Below, piece by piece: positions 1 to 10,135 of a DNA stretch of 64,000 nucleotides; positions within the stretch are counted from its first letter, which is position 1, and the number at the start of each line of letters is the position of its first letter. The notes under the pieces are model-generated. The model saw nothing but the letters and a program-made list of their open reading frames with translations, was not told where the DNA came from and searched no databases. The stretch is taken from NCBI GenBank assembly GCA_963796275.1, contig CAWCKY010000001.1, positions 640,001 to 704,000 on the forward strand, in the 5' to 3' direction. A program made the translations under genes and the position numbers. Source of the stretch: an uncultured Acidobacteriota bacterium. Its GTDB lineage: Bacteria; Acidobacteriota; Blastocatellia; RBC074.

Positions 1-1176
1 CGGCCTTTTTCGGAGCACGGTCATGTCGAGATAATGACCAGCGAGCGTGACGATGGCGGGCGTCCCGTTGAATGGATTCTCAAGCGTTTCGGCATAACGC
101 GTGCGCATATCGAGGAAGACGCCGGCAAGTCGGTGCACGACATGGGCGACCCCACCAAGTCTTACGTCAATCTCAATCGCTCGGGCACTCCGCTGCTCGA
201 GATCGTCAGCGAGCCCGATTTCCGTTCCAGCTGGGAGGCATACGATTACGTCAACTTCCTGCGCCGCACGCTGCAATATATCGGCGTCTGTGACGGGAAT
301 ATGGAAGAAGGCAATTTGCGCTGCGACGCAAACGTGTCGGTCAGGCGAACTGGCGAGGCGAAACTCGGCACGAAGGCCGAGATCAAAAACGTCAATTCGC
401 TGCGCTTTCTGCAGAAGGCGATCGAGTACGAGGTCGATAGACAAATCGCGGTGCTCGAAATGGGGGGCAGAATCGTGCAGGAGACTCGTTTGTGGAACGA
501 GAAGGAGAACAAGACCTACACGATGCGATCGAAGGAGGATGCGCACGATTACCGCTATTTCCCCGAGCCAGACCTGCCGCCGCTCGAAGTGAGCGAGGCG
601 TGGATCGAACATTTGCGCGGAGAGTTGCCCGAACTTCCCGAGGCCCGGCGGCAACGCTTCATTCGCGAATATGCCCTGACTGCCGACGAGGCCTTCACTC
701 TCACCAGCCAGCGCGAATTGGCGATTTATTTCGAGGCCGCCGCACAAGCTGCGAATAACGCTCGCTCGGCGGCCAATTGGGTATTGTCCGAATTGCTGCG
801 TGAACTGAAGAACGCCGGCATTGAGATCGACTCGTGCCGGATCAAAGCGGAAGATATGGGCGCGCTGATCCGCTTGATCGATGACAAGACCATTTCGGGT
901 AAGATTGCTAAGGACGTATTCGCTGAAATGTTTGCGACCGGAAATGCCCCGGCCTTTATAGTCAAAGAGAGAGGCCTGGTGCAGATCACCGATACATCGG
1001 CTATTGAAAAGATCGTCGATGAAGTCATAGCGGCAAATCCGGCGGAGCTCAAGCAATATCGTTCGGGCAAGACGGCGCTGCTCGGGTTTTTTGTGGGCCG
1101 AGTGATCAAAGCGAGCGGAGGCAAAGCCAATCCGCAAGCGGTCAATGATATTTTGAAAAAGAGGTTGGAAAGCTGA
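1..1176 (+). CDS. gatB: Asp-tRNA(Asn)/Glu-tRNA(Gln) amidotransferase subunit B (5' end outside window)
   Basis: Motifs HIEEDAGK, NRSGTPLLEIVSEP, GNLRCDANVS, YRYFPEPDLPP and C-terminal GFFVG..GKANP; the frame is open from base 1. Confidence 0.97.
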   Translation, partial: RPFSEHGHVEIMTSERDDGGRPVEWILKRFGITRAHIEEDAGKSVHDMGDPTKSYVNLNRSGTPLLEIVSEPDFRSSWEAYDYVNFLRRTLQYIGVCDGNMEEGNLRCDANVSVRRTGEAKLGTKAEIKNVNSLRFLQKAIEYEVDRQIAVLEMGGRIVQETRLWNEKENKTYTMRSKEDAHDYRYFPEPDLPPLEVSEAWIEHLRGELPELPEARRQRFIREYALTADEAFTLTSQRELAIYFEAAAQAANNARSAANWVLSELLRELKNAGIEIDSCRIKAEDMGALIRLIDDKTISGKIAKDVFAEMFATGNAPAFIVKERGLVQITDTSAIEKIVDEVIAANPAELKQYRSGKTALLGFFVGRVIKASGGKANPQAVNDILKKRLES

Positions 1177-1800
1177 ATGATCAAGTCCTTTACCAAAACA
1201 TTTTCGACTTACTCAATCCTTGGTTTATTTTTGTTTTCAGGCATTGTCGCTTTGTCTTGTAAATCGACGCCGGAGTCTGCGGAGAACACCGCTCTGACAT
1301 CGAGTCTGGCAGGAAAGGTCGCCGTGATCGAGACGGATTACGGCAACATCAAGATAAAGTTCGCTCCGGAAATTGCGCCAAAGCATGTTGAACACTTCAT
1401 CAAGCTTACGAGCGAGGGCTTTTATGATGGCCTCGCATTCCATCGTGCCGATCCCGGATTGCTCATTCAGGGTGGTGATCCGCAGACGCGTAACGGCGAT
1501 CCCAGCATGTGGGGGATGGGGATACCCGGGCAAGAGACCGTGCCGGCAGAATTCAGCTCAAAGCCTTACGTGCGCGGCACAGTTGGGATGGCGCGTACGA
1601 CTGAAGTCAACACCGCTACCAGTCAATTCTTCATCTGCCTGAGGGATATGCCGATGTGGAATGGCCAATATACGGTATTCGGTGATGTGATCGAGGGGAT
1701 CGATATAGTGGATCGTATCTCGAGATTGCCGACGAGCGATCCCAGTTTAGGAAAATTGCTTGAAAAAGTCGTGATAAAGAAAGTCTCTATAGAAAACTGA
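1177..1800 (+). CDS. Cyclophilin-type peptidyl-prolyl cis-trans isomerase, probable lipoprotein
   Basis: FYDGLAFHR, IQGGDP, GTVGMAR, SQFFI, YTVFGDVIEG; signal peptide ending in a lipobox (ALSC). Confidence 0.92.
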   Translation: MIKSFTKTFSTYSILGLFLFSGIVALSCKSTPESAENTALTSSLAGKVAVIETDYGNIKIKFAPEIAPKHVEHFIKLTSEGFYDGLAFHRADPGLLIQGGDPQTRNGDPSMWGMGIPGQETVPAEFSSKPYVRGTVGMARTTEVNTATSQFFICLRDMPMWNGQYTVFGDVIEGIDIVDRISRLPTSDPSLGKLLEKVVIKKVSIEN

Positions 1801-1949
1801 ATTTCCGTTTGATCGTTCAACCAATAGTTTCCGCCAATACACTTCACCAGAACCTATCAGAGAAATGGGTTGCTGATCATCCGCCCACTTCGAGAACCTC
1901 GATGCCCGAAAAAGATGGTAGAGACAACGGCGATTAACCCAAGAGAGCG

Positions 1950-3176
1950 ATGAATTTTTTAGAATCACTGAAACTGGCGATCGATGCGATCTGGGCGCAC
2001 AAACTGCGCTCATTTTTGACTTTGCTCGGTGTGATCTTCGGAGTGGCGACGGTCATCGTCGTCGTCTCATTGATAGAGGGCTTCAACAAATATGTCGATG
2101 AAAAGATAGCGAATATCGGAACCAATGCTTTCAGCATACAGAAGTTTTCGATTGAGGATTTTGCGAGCCTCCAGGCGTACGAGAATGCGCGTCGGAGGAA
2201 CAAGGATGTAATTCTGGATGACCTCCTCGCCTTGCGGGCGAGCGCCGGGTACATAAAAGAGGTCGGCGCGCAGGAGCAGCAGGAGTGTGAATTGAAGCAT
2301 GGCACAGGTGTGCTTCAGGGCGTCAGCCTGCTCGCCATTACGGGGAACATGATCGACATCCAGAACAAGGACATAGCGGAAGGCCGATCATTCACGCCCG
2401 CGGAAGAGTCGGCATATCGTACCGTCTGTTTCATCGGCGCGGATGTCGCCGAACGGTTCTTTCCGACGAAGAGCCCCATAGGCGAGAAGATCAAGATCGA
2501 CGGGCGGTCTTTCGAGGTACTAGGGGTTGCAGATGCGACGGGGTCGGTCTTCGGACAATCGCGCGACAAGTTCGTCTCAATACCGCTCACGACTTTTATG
2601 AACATTTACGGTTCGCGCCGCTCGATCCAGCTCTTCGTGAGCTCGACGAGCGAAGCGACCTACCTCGATGCTCTCGATGAAGCGCGCGTCGTGATGCGGA
2701 CCCGGCGTAAACTGGCGCCCAGCGAGAAGGACAATTTCGGTGTAATAACGCCGAGCGCGATCAATAACCTGCGCGAGAATATATTCGGCACAATCCAGAC
2801 GGTCGCCATTGGTGTCACATCGATCGCGCTGGTCGTCGGCGGTATCGTCATTATGAATATTATGCTGGTGAGCGTGACTGAGCGGACCAAGGAGATAGGG
2901 ATTCGCAAGAGTCTGGGGGCGCGTCGGTCCGACATCATCCGGCAATTTCTGGCGGAATCGACGACGCTCGCCCTGGTCGGCGGCGCAATCGGCGTCACTA
3001 TCGCTTATGCAATCAGCAAGCTAGTGTCCGCGCTGACGGAGGTTCCTACCGCCTTGCCATTGATCGCAGTTGCGGTAGCATTGTTCGTGTCAGGAAGCGT
3101 CGGCTTGATTGCCGGCGTCTATCCGGCGTGGAGGGCCGCGCGGCTCGATCCGATCGTAGCCCTGCGGGCCGACTGA
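1950..3176 (+). CDS. MacB/FtsX-family ABC transporter permease
   Basis: KLRSFLTLLGVIFG, GGIVIMNIMLVSVTERTKEIGIRKSLGA, PAWRAARLDPI. Confidence 0.93.
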   Translation: MNFLESLKLAIDAIWAHKLRSFLTLLGVIFGVATVIVVVSLIEGFNKYVDEKIANIGTNAFSIQKFSIEDFASLQAYENARRRNKDVILDDLLALRASAGYIKEVGAQEQQECELKHGTGVLQGVSLLAITGNMIDIQNKDIAEGRSFTPAEESAYRTVCFIGADVAERFFPTKSPIGEKIKIDGRSFEVLGVADATGSVFGQSRDKFVSIPLTTFMNIYGSRRSIQLFVSSTSEATYLDALDEARVVMRTRRKLAPSEKDNFGVITPSAINNLRENIFGTIQTVAIGVTSIALVVGGIVIMNIMLVSVTERTKEIGIRKSLGARRSDIIRQFLAESTTLALVGGAIGVTIAYAISKLVSALTEVPTALPLIAVAVALFVSGSVGLIAGVYPAWRAARLDPIVALRAD

Positions 3177-3189
3177 GGCTTCAAATTCG

Positions 3190-3211
3190 AGATTCACATC
3201 TGTGTGAATCT
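3190..3211. repeat. Short palindrome AGATTCACA-tctg-TGTGAATCT
   Basis: Perfect 9-bp inverted repeat just upstream of the small gene between the two permeases. Confidence 0.6.
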
Positions 3212-3226
3212 GCGGACATTTTTCTT

Positions 3227-3637
3227 ATGAAAAATCGACCGAAGCGCGTACCATTCAACTTCGTTATTGAAGAGCTGGCATCGCTCGATCCGGTCGTTAA
3301 GCCAATGTTCGGCTGTTTCTCGGTCTATCTTGGGGATAAAATAGTCTTTTTTCTCTATAACCTTGAGAAACAAACTTATCGGAAAGGCGTCTGGGTAGCT
3401 ACAAAACCTGAACACTACATTAGCCTCGCTCAGGAGTTTTCATCGACGCGTTCTGTCGAGAACCCGAAGATCGGTAAATCGCCGTGGCTTCTTCTTCCGG
3501 CTGCCGCGGTGGATTTCGAAGAGCAGGCTTTGCGGGCTTGTGAATTGATCTTGATGGGCGACCCGAGGATCGGAAGAGCTACGAAAATGAAGAGAATGAA
3601 ACCCGCTAAAAACAGAGAGGGAAATACCGGAAAATAA
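3227..3637 (+). CDS. TfoX_N-like small protein
   Basis: KPMFGCFSVY..GDKIV motif is typical of the TfoX/Sxy N-terminal family; ATG at 3227 is more plausible than the track start at 3128. Confidence 0.65.
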   Translation: MKNRPKRVPFNFVIEELASLDPVVKPMFGCFSVYLGDKIVFFLYNLEKQTYRKGVWVATKPEHYISLAQEFSSTRSVENPKIGKSPWLLLPAAAVDFEEQALRACELILMGDPRIGRATKMKRMKPAKNREGNTGK

Positions 3638-3665
3638 GGCCTGCTGTAGAACGCTAGCTAAAGTT

Positions 3666-4928
3666 ATGAATCGTAATGATCTTCGTGAAAATATATTGAT
3701 GGCGCTCGACACGTTATGGGCGCACAAGCTTCGTTCATTCCTGACCATTCTCGGCGTGGTCGTGGGAACGATGACGGTTATTGTGATTGCCGCTTTTGTT
3801 TCCGGCATCGATTCACGCGTGGCGGGGGAGATCGAATCGTTCGGGACGAACTCGATTTATGTCTTCAAATTCGAGCCCGGGTTCAATTTTAATCCATCGG
3901 CGGAAGAGCGTATGCGGAAACCGATGAGCGCAGATGATGCCATTGCCATCGGCGAAGAGTGTCCATCCGTCGTCAACGTCACGGCGTTTATGTCACCGGT
4001 CGATTTCCTGCAAGGTCCCATGGCCGAACGCATCAAGATCCGTTACCAGGATACCGAAATGATCAATGCGACTGTACAGGGCCTTTTCCCATCTTACTTC
4101 CGCATGGGAGTGAGCGAAGTCATCGAGGGCCGATCGTTCACTGAAGGGGAGAATACCGCGCGCGCTGATGTCTGCGTCATCGGCCGCGATGTGGCGAACA
4201 CGCTCTTTCCGAATATCAATGCGCTCGAAAAAGAGATCATAATCAATGGCCGTAGCTATCGAGTGATCGGTGTGCTCAAAGAGCGGGACAACTTCATCAC
4301 TCCGGCTGAAGACCCGGGAAATGAGAACAAAGCGGTTTATATTCCTTATGAGTCAATCCGGAAGGTCTATCCGAATGTGAAGGAGAATTTCGTCATGGCG
4401 CAGGCGGCTCCGGGCAAGCTCGATGATGCCGTAGATGAAATAAGGCATCTACTTCGTAAGCGGCGTAATGTCTCTTACAATCAGCCCGACAATTTCGGTA
4501 TTCAGACATCAGAAGGTATCGTCCAGCAGTTCAAAGCGATCACGGGCGGCGTCTTTCTTTTGATGGTAGCGATCTCGAGCGTCGGATTGCTGATCGGCGG
4601 GATCGGCGTCATGAACATTATGCTGGTGAGCGTGACCGAACGGACCAAGGAGATCGGCGTACGAAAAGCAATCGGAGCCAAAAGGCGCGATATCATATTG
4701 CAATTTCTGGTAGAAGCCGCGACACTGACTGGGCTTGGGGGTATCATCGGCATTCTGCTTGGCTGGGTCGTCGCTGAAATAATCAAATTGGTTTTACCGA
4801 CATTTGTACCGCTCTGGGCGCCGATCGTCGGGTTCGGCGTTTCTGTGGGACTAGGCATTGGTTTTGGATTATGGCCGGCATGGAAGGCCGCGCGGCTCGA
4901 TCCGATCGAAGCATTGCGCTATGAGTGA
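3666..4928 (+). CDS. MacB/FtsX-family ABC transporter permease (second paralog)
   Basis: KLRSFLTILG, GGIGVMNIMLVSVTERTKEIGVRKAIGA, PAWKAARLDPIEALRYE. Confidence 0.93.
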   Translation: MNRNDLRENILMALDTLWAHKLRSFLTILGVVVGTMTVIVIAAFVSGIDSRVAGEIESFGTNSIYVFKFEPGFNFNPSAEERMRKPMSADDAIAIGEECPSVVNVTAFMSPVDFLQGPMAERIKIRYQDTEMINATVQGLFPSYFRMGVSEVIEGRSFTEGENTARADVCVIGRDVANTLFPNINALEKEIIINGRSYRVIGVLKERDNFITPAEDPGNENKAVYIPYESIRKVYPNVKENFVMAQAAPGKLDDAVDEIRHLLRKRRNVSYNQPDNFGIQTSEGIVQQFKAITGGVFLLMVAISSVGLLIGGIGVMNIMLVSVTERTKEIGVRKAIGAKRRDIILQFLVEAATLTGLGGIIGILLGWVVAEIIKLVLPTFVPLWAPIVGFGVSVGLGIGFGLWPAWKAARLDPIEALRYE

Positions 4929-5015
4929 AAAGGGAAGCAAGAAGTGAAAAGGGCTAAGAGCCAGAATACCCGACCTTTTTTGCCGTTCTTGTTTCCAGAA
5001 TGGAATTGCATCGAG

Positions 5016-6899
5016 ATGAAGAAACAACTATTTGTCACTGTCATTCAAATCCTGGCTATCACGATAGCATTGTCCGCCGGCGTTTCAGCGCAAGAGAAGA
5101 AACAAGAGAAGAAAAAAGAACAGGCCGCCCAGCCGCCAGCCTCCAGTCCGCAGTCTCCGAAAACCCTGGTAGTCGACCGCAGCAAGATTCCCCTCGCGCA
5201 GCGGTCGAACCTGACGCTGGCAGACGTGAATACCTGGATAGGTATCGACAGGCGCATCATCGTGATGATGGCTGCGCTCAATCTCGCGGGCTTCGATTAT
5301 GAACCAGGTAACCGCCCGCTGCCGGCATTGCGTCGGCAAATACGCGAGGACTTGAAGAACACCAAGCCGGAACTGATTCAGCGAATGCGCGATCACTTGA
5401 AGTCTCATAGCAAAGGAAGGACTGATGCGGTGGCAGTCGCCCCTTACCTCAGTCTGGCGTTATCCTTAACCGACCCACCGGGCTTCACCATCGATGTTCC
5501 CGCCGATCGACTGCCCGAGGATGTACGCGAGATAACGGACTTCGCTCTCTTGCTGGAAGAGTTTTATCGCGAATCCGGATTTTCGAAGCTAATGACCAAA
5601 TACATAGAGAGCTATCTGAAGATTGCGCAAACCTATCCGACGGCGGCCGGTCTTGCGCTGGGAACCGTGCTTACGTATTTGCATACGGAACCGATACTGG
5701 TATTGCCGCCTTTTTATGCTGCGCAACGCGCTGCGGCTGCGAGCAGACAGGAAGCCAGGAAATCCAATAAAAAAGAGAAGAAGGGCCAACCAATTGAGCA
5801 GCCGAAGGAAGAAGAGGTTCCCAATCGCATCCGACAGTTTGTGGTCGTGCCAGATCTGTTCAACTCTACCGGATCCGCGAACCTGCGAGTCATACGAGAT
5901 ACTTATTACCTTCTGTTGGGCCCGACTAGCGAGCCGAACGTTGACGCGATGCGGCGCGGGTTTTTGAGTTTCGTCATCGATCCGTTGACAGATAAGCAGG
6001 TGAAAGAGGTCGCGGCCATCAGCGCTCCGCTCAAGAAACTTATGGAAACGCGTGGCGACCAACTCGATCAGGAGTACGCACAGCGAACTGCATACTATCT
6101 GATAACCGATTCTCTGGTGCGCGCGACAGATGCGCGGATGGATGTGCTCGGCCTGGCCACCCGCCGCAAATTATCGGAGGACGAGGCGATCTATGAATTG
6201 AGCCTGGGATATGAACGCGGGGCAGTGCTGGTCTACCATTTTTACGATCTGATGAAGGCATTTGAAACGGTCGGCGTCAATGTGCGCGACTACTATCCCA
6301 GCCTGCTGCAGAATATCGACTTCGAACGGGAGTCGACGCGACTCAAGGAAAATATGGATCGTCTGACGCGTATTAAGCAGCTTCGTACGGAAGCGACGCT
6401 TGCGCCTGCGCCCGCCTCACCGCCAACGACGATATCGAATGCTGACGAGAAGATCGTCGCGCGCATCGTTGAGGTCGATCAATTACTGAAGGCGCGCAGA
6501 TATCCAGATGCCAAGGCGGTTCTCGAAGAGACGTTGAAAGAGCGGCCGGACAACGCACGCCTGTTATTCGGCCTCGGCGACGTCATGAGCAAACAGGCGT
6601 CCACCCTGGAAGATTCCGATCGTGTAGAGGAAGCTCTTTACGCTGCTGTCGAATATTACAGGCTGGCGGCGAAGAACGCGTCTCCCGAAAATGAGAAATG
6701 GCTGGCGCAGCGCAGTTATGTGGCGGCGGCGAAGATTCTCGATTTCATAGCCGAAAACAGCCCGCCTGTGGCTGAAAAAATGTCGGCGGAAGCTACGATA
6801 GCCTATGAGCTGGCCCTTAAATTGGGCAAGGTCGAAGGCGGCGCTTATGAAGAGGCGGAGAAAGCCATACAGCAGCGAGGTCAGAAGTCCAAGCAATAA
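5016..6899 (+). CDS. Secreted protein with C-terminal TPR-like helices
   Basis: Signal peptide MKKQLF...VSAQ from ATG 5016; C-terminal YPDAKAVLEETLKERPDNARLLFGLG resembles a TPR. Confidence 0.65.
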   Translation: MKKQLFVTVIQILAITIALSAGVSAQEKKQEKKKEQAAQPPASSPQSPKTLVVDRSKIPLAQRSNLTLADVNTWIGIDRRIIVMMAALNLAGFDYEPGNRPLPALRRQIREDLKNTKPELIQRMRDHLKSHSKGRTDAVAVAPYLSLALSLTDPPGFTIDVPADRLPEDVREITDFALLLEEFYRESGFSKLMTKYIESYLKIAQTYPTAAGLALGTVLTYLHTEPILVLPPFYAAQRAAAASRQEARKSNKKEKKGQPIEQPKEEEVPNRIRQFVVVPDLFNSTGSANLRVIRDTYYLLLGPTSEPNVDAMRRGFLSFVIDPLTDKQVKEVAAISAPLKKLMETRGDQLDQEYAQRTAYYLITDSLVRATDARMDVLGLATRRKLSEDEAIYELSLGYERGAVLVYHFYDLMKAFETVGVNVRDYYPSLLQNIDFERESTRLKENMDRLTRIKQLRTEATLAPAPASPPTTISNADEKIVARIVEVDQLLKARRYPDAKAVLEETLKERPDNARLLFGLGDVMSKQASTLEDSDRVEEALYAAVEYYRLAAKNASPENEKWLAQRSYVAAAKILDFIAENSPPVAEKMSAEATIAYELALKLGKVEGGAYEEAEKAIQQRGQKSKQ

Positions 6900-6904
6900 T
6901 GTCG

Positions 6905-6960
6905 ATAGTTTTCAGCTTTCACCTGGAATATCTCGTCTGAAAGCTAACACTGAAAACTAT
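6905..6960. repeat. Heptamer-type inverted repeat (ATAGTTTTCAG / CTGAAAACTAT) between convergent genes
   Basis: 11-bp outer arms plus inner AGCTTTCA/TGAAAGCT arms. Confidence 0.7.
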
Positions 6961-7666
6961 TTCAGTAGACCAGATAACCAGTGCATTATATTGAGCGCCA
7001 GTTGTTTGTTGTCGTTTCCTGCTCGATTCATTCCGAATTTGAATTTTTCTGTACCCTCCGCCTGGGCGGAGATCATCGCTGCCTCACCGAGAATCACAAG
7101 TCTACCTTTGCCTAGCTGGTGCGCTATCCCTTGAGCGCGCCCTGCGGCTGAGACCTCTTTCTTCGTTTTTCGATCGACATCCACCGCTGTGCTCGCCAAC
7201 TTAAGAAAAGCCGTGCTTCCTTCCGGACCTTTGAGGGATTGTCCGGTGAACGTCGTTACTGAGTCTATTCTCTCCGATTCGCTTCGCCCTCGCGTGATCG
7301 GATGATCTCCTAAAAGACCGTTCTTGCGAGAGTAGACGATCCAGCCGGGGTTGTTTTTGTTTGTCGGATCGAGATGCTCCGGGTCGTGTGTATGGACTTT
7401 GCTCATATCCACACCGAACCTCCGAGCGAGAATTCATTAGCTTCACCGAGAGGCGCATGATCGGCAATAAAAAGCAGAGAACCGCCATCGCGCACCCAAT
7501 CACGAACAGCGTCACATTCCGCATCGGTGAAAGCGGGGTTAGCCAGTTTAGCCATGTCAGCAGGTTGTAAAATTCCGGCTCCTAAAGCATTGGCGATCAC
7601 CAAAATATCAACACCTTTAAGAGTGGACTGCTGAAACTTCTCCTTGTTTGGAAGAACCTGAGACAA
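6957..7666 (-). pseudogene. Class I glutamine amidotransferase-like (DUF4350-type) protein, frameshifted near 7430 and 5'-truncated
   Basis: ORFs 7403-7666 and 6957-7412 join (..GGSLLFIADHAP.. to ..RFGVDMSK..GRLVILGEAAM..NIMHWLS) if one A is added; there is an in-frame stop shortly upstream and no signal peptide. Confidence 0.65.
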
Positions 7667-7802
7667 GCGTCCGGTGGAAATAGTTCCATCGTTATGACAG
7701 TTTTATTTCTCCGAAAGTTGGATGTGCTGCGTTGGAATGAACAGGAATATCCTGAGGATTCAAAATTTGAAAGATGATCTTTGGGGCTTCGGTACTTCGG
7801 TG

Positions 7803-8639
7803 CTAAGGATTTGAGCAATTATCTCTATTGTGTTGTAGCTCGGGGATCGCCATCGCTCCAGCTTCTTGACGCATAATAGCTCGTTTTTGCGATTCTGCCG
7901 CATATTCAGCCTCTTTCATTGACTCCGCGCCTTCTTCTTTGCATTCCATACTCGTGAAGATCGACCGTTCAACTTTCACCCAGTCGAACCTCAGTCTCTC
8001 TTTCTTTCGCTCGACAAAAGCGATCAATTTTGTCTGCTTACCATTGAATTTATCGCATCCTGATCTCTTCGGCTCATAGATCGTCCTGGGCGTCCTGATA
8101 TGAAACATTTCTACGCTGATCGGTTGGATATTCTTCAGCAGAGCGCATTCCAGATTCAACCGTAGCAACGGCAACGCGGTGGGCATGGGAGCGGTAGTGA
8201 AATTGTCGTCAGCCTCTGCTGCGATGAAAGAACCTGTCATATCAATCGGACCGGTTTCTTCTGTCGCAACCGCGTTAACTCCACGCTTCTTAGATGGCCT
8301 CGCTGCTTTGATAGTCACACTCTCACGTGATGAGAAATCTGCTGTGATATCAGCCATCGGCTTAGTGTTCATTGCAAACCGATTTGAGTTTGCATCACTC
8401 CGTTTCGTCCAGAGGAGGCTCGTACCTTCATTAGAAAATAGACTGTTGCTCAACGTCAGGGCTAGCTTATTGGCGTGATCGAAGCCGGAGCGCGCTGAAT
8501 CCGGCAGGATGAAGGCTAGCGACCTCGATGAATAGAGAAAATGCGATGTGATATTTTTGACCGAGAATGGTTTGATCGCATGCGCCGTTACGATCAATGT
8601 AGTGACGACCAATATCCGCGCAACGGTTTGACCAAGCAT
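7803..8639 (-). CDS. Hypothetical protein with hydrophobic N-terminus
   Basis: 278-aa ORF with ATG and upstream GGAG; no recognisable motif. Confidence 0.55.
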   Translation of the reverse strand: MLGQTVARILVVTTLIVTAHAIKPFSVKNITSHFLYSSRSLAFILPDSARSGFDHANKLALTLSNSLFSNEGTSLLWTKRSDANSNRFAMNTKPMADITADFSSRESVTIKAARPSKKRGVNAVATEETGPIDMTGSFIAAEADDNFTTAPMPTALPLLRLNLECALLKNIQPISVEMFHIRTPRTIYEPKRSGCDKFNGKQTKLIAFVERKKERLRFDWVKVERSIFTSMECKEEGAESMKEAEYAAESQKRAIMRQEAGAMAIPELQHNRDNCSNP

Positions 8640-9124
8640 GAGGGGACTCCGGGTTTTACTGTCAATAATATTCCAGGCTTGACTAACCTTCGATTACTCA
8701 AATTTTTTGACAAGCGATAATGATAAATCTTCAATTAGCTTTGCCCTGATAACTCAACCTTCTTTTTTAGGTTCGCCTAAGGTTTGTGACCAAACCGGAT
8801 TCAAAGTTTCAAAGGCAATCAATGAATTTTTTGCCTAGTACAAGAGAGGGCTATTATGCCCTATTCCGGTCAACCAGATGTTAACTGGGTGTAAATATAT
8901 TGTAAAAAGCAAGCAGGTTAGTGTCCGTTTTCGAGAAGTCTCGTGCCAAACACGAACACTGAACGCCATTTTTGAAAGAACTTGCAAAACAAATCTGATT
9001 TTTTTACCGCACGTGGATAGATACGAACGATTGGGGGAAGAGGATGCATTATGATGGGTGCCGGTGATAGAAAAGTACTAAGTCAGCCTTGAATTCTCCA
9101 GGTTGCCGCCTTCAGTTCTTGATC

Positions 9125-10063
9125 TCATTGATAAACATCGACATCATCCCGTTTGACCATTTCCAACTTTCCATCTGCCACAGCCTGATCCAGATTCGCC
9201 ACAGCTTCAGAGACCGCCAAAAAGCGGTTGATATTTTCAACTTTCGGAAACATCAGCAACGACAATTCCCAGGCGGTGATGCCCTGTTTCGGAATTAAAC
9301 CGATTACTTTCGCCTGGCGCTGCTGGATATGCCGCACGAGACGATGAAAATGTTCCTCGTAATCGGTCACATCGTCTCCGTGAGATGTCTTGAGCAGTGT
9401 AGGGGCGAGCGCGCGTATGCGGGCGAGCGAGACCAGATATTCGCTGAGCGAAGGGAATCGCCGCTGCGGATCGATCGGATCGGGATTGAGAACCGGATTA
9501 GGCGTTATGGTTTTGAGGATTGTATCGCCCGTCAACATGAGGCGGTTGCTCGCGCGCAATAAACAGCAACTGCCGGGTGTGTGGCCGGGTGTGTGGATCG
9601 CCCGCAGCGAGCCGCCGGCGAAAACGAATTCATCTTCATCGCGATAGGCCTCGACATCTTCCACGGCATCGGCGTAGTGGTGAATAGTTTGGTAATGGGA
9701 CTCCATCTTCTCCAATATCGCTGGTGGGACGCCGGCCCTTTTGAGCAGGGGGGCATTGACTCTCGTCTGCCGCTGCGGCGAGATGTTCTCGAACTCCCAT
9801 TCGTGAACGTGGACCCGGGCGCCGGATTCGCGCTGAAGCAGCCCGGCCAACCCGCAATGGTCTTCATGCGTGTGGGTGAGAATGATGCGGCGAATGTCAC
9901 CGACGGCGAAACCTAAGTTCCGCAATTGCTCGCGGATCGCGGAGACGGCTTCTTCGGTCTTTGGCCCGGTATCAACCAAGGTGATCGGATCATCGGGAAT
10001 CAGATAGATGTTGATCGGCCCCACCGGGAAGGGGGTAGGTATTACGAGTTTTTCAATACGCAT
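9125..10063 (-). CDS. MBL-fold metallo-hydrolase
   Basis: THTHEDH, HTPGHTPG and TGD motifs. Confidence 0.92.
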   Translation of the reverse strand: MRIEKLVIPTPFPVGPINIYLIPDDPITLVDTGPKTEEAVSAIREQLRNLGFAVGDIRRIILTHTHEDHCGLAGLLQRESGARVHVHEWEFENISPQRQTRVNAPLLKRAGVPPAILEKMESHYQTIHHYADAVEDVEAYRDEDEFVFAGGSLRAIHTPGHTPGSCCLLRASNRLMLTGDTILKTITPNPVLNPDPIDPQRRFPSLSEYLVSLARIRALAPTLLKTSHGDDVTDYEEHFHRLVRHIQQRQAKVIGLIPKQGITAWELSLLMFPKVENINRFLAVSEAVANLDQAVADGKLEMVKRDDVDVYQ

Positions 10064-10125
10064 TGGATTGCGGATTGCGGATTCGTAAACACGCGGCCAT
10101 GTTCAATCGCAAATCCGCAATCCGG
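10064..10125. repeat. Inverted heptamer array (GGATTGC)n ... (GCAATCC)n
   Basis: tggattgcggattgcggatt ... aatccgcaatcc fills the spacer between fadE and the MBL gene. Confidence 0.75.
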
Positions 10126-10135
10126 GATCCTCCAA

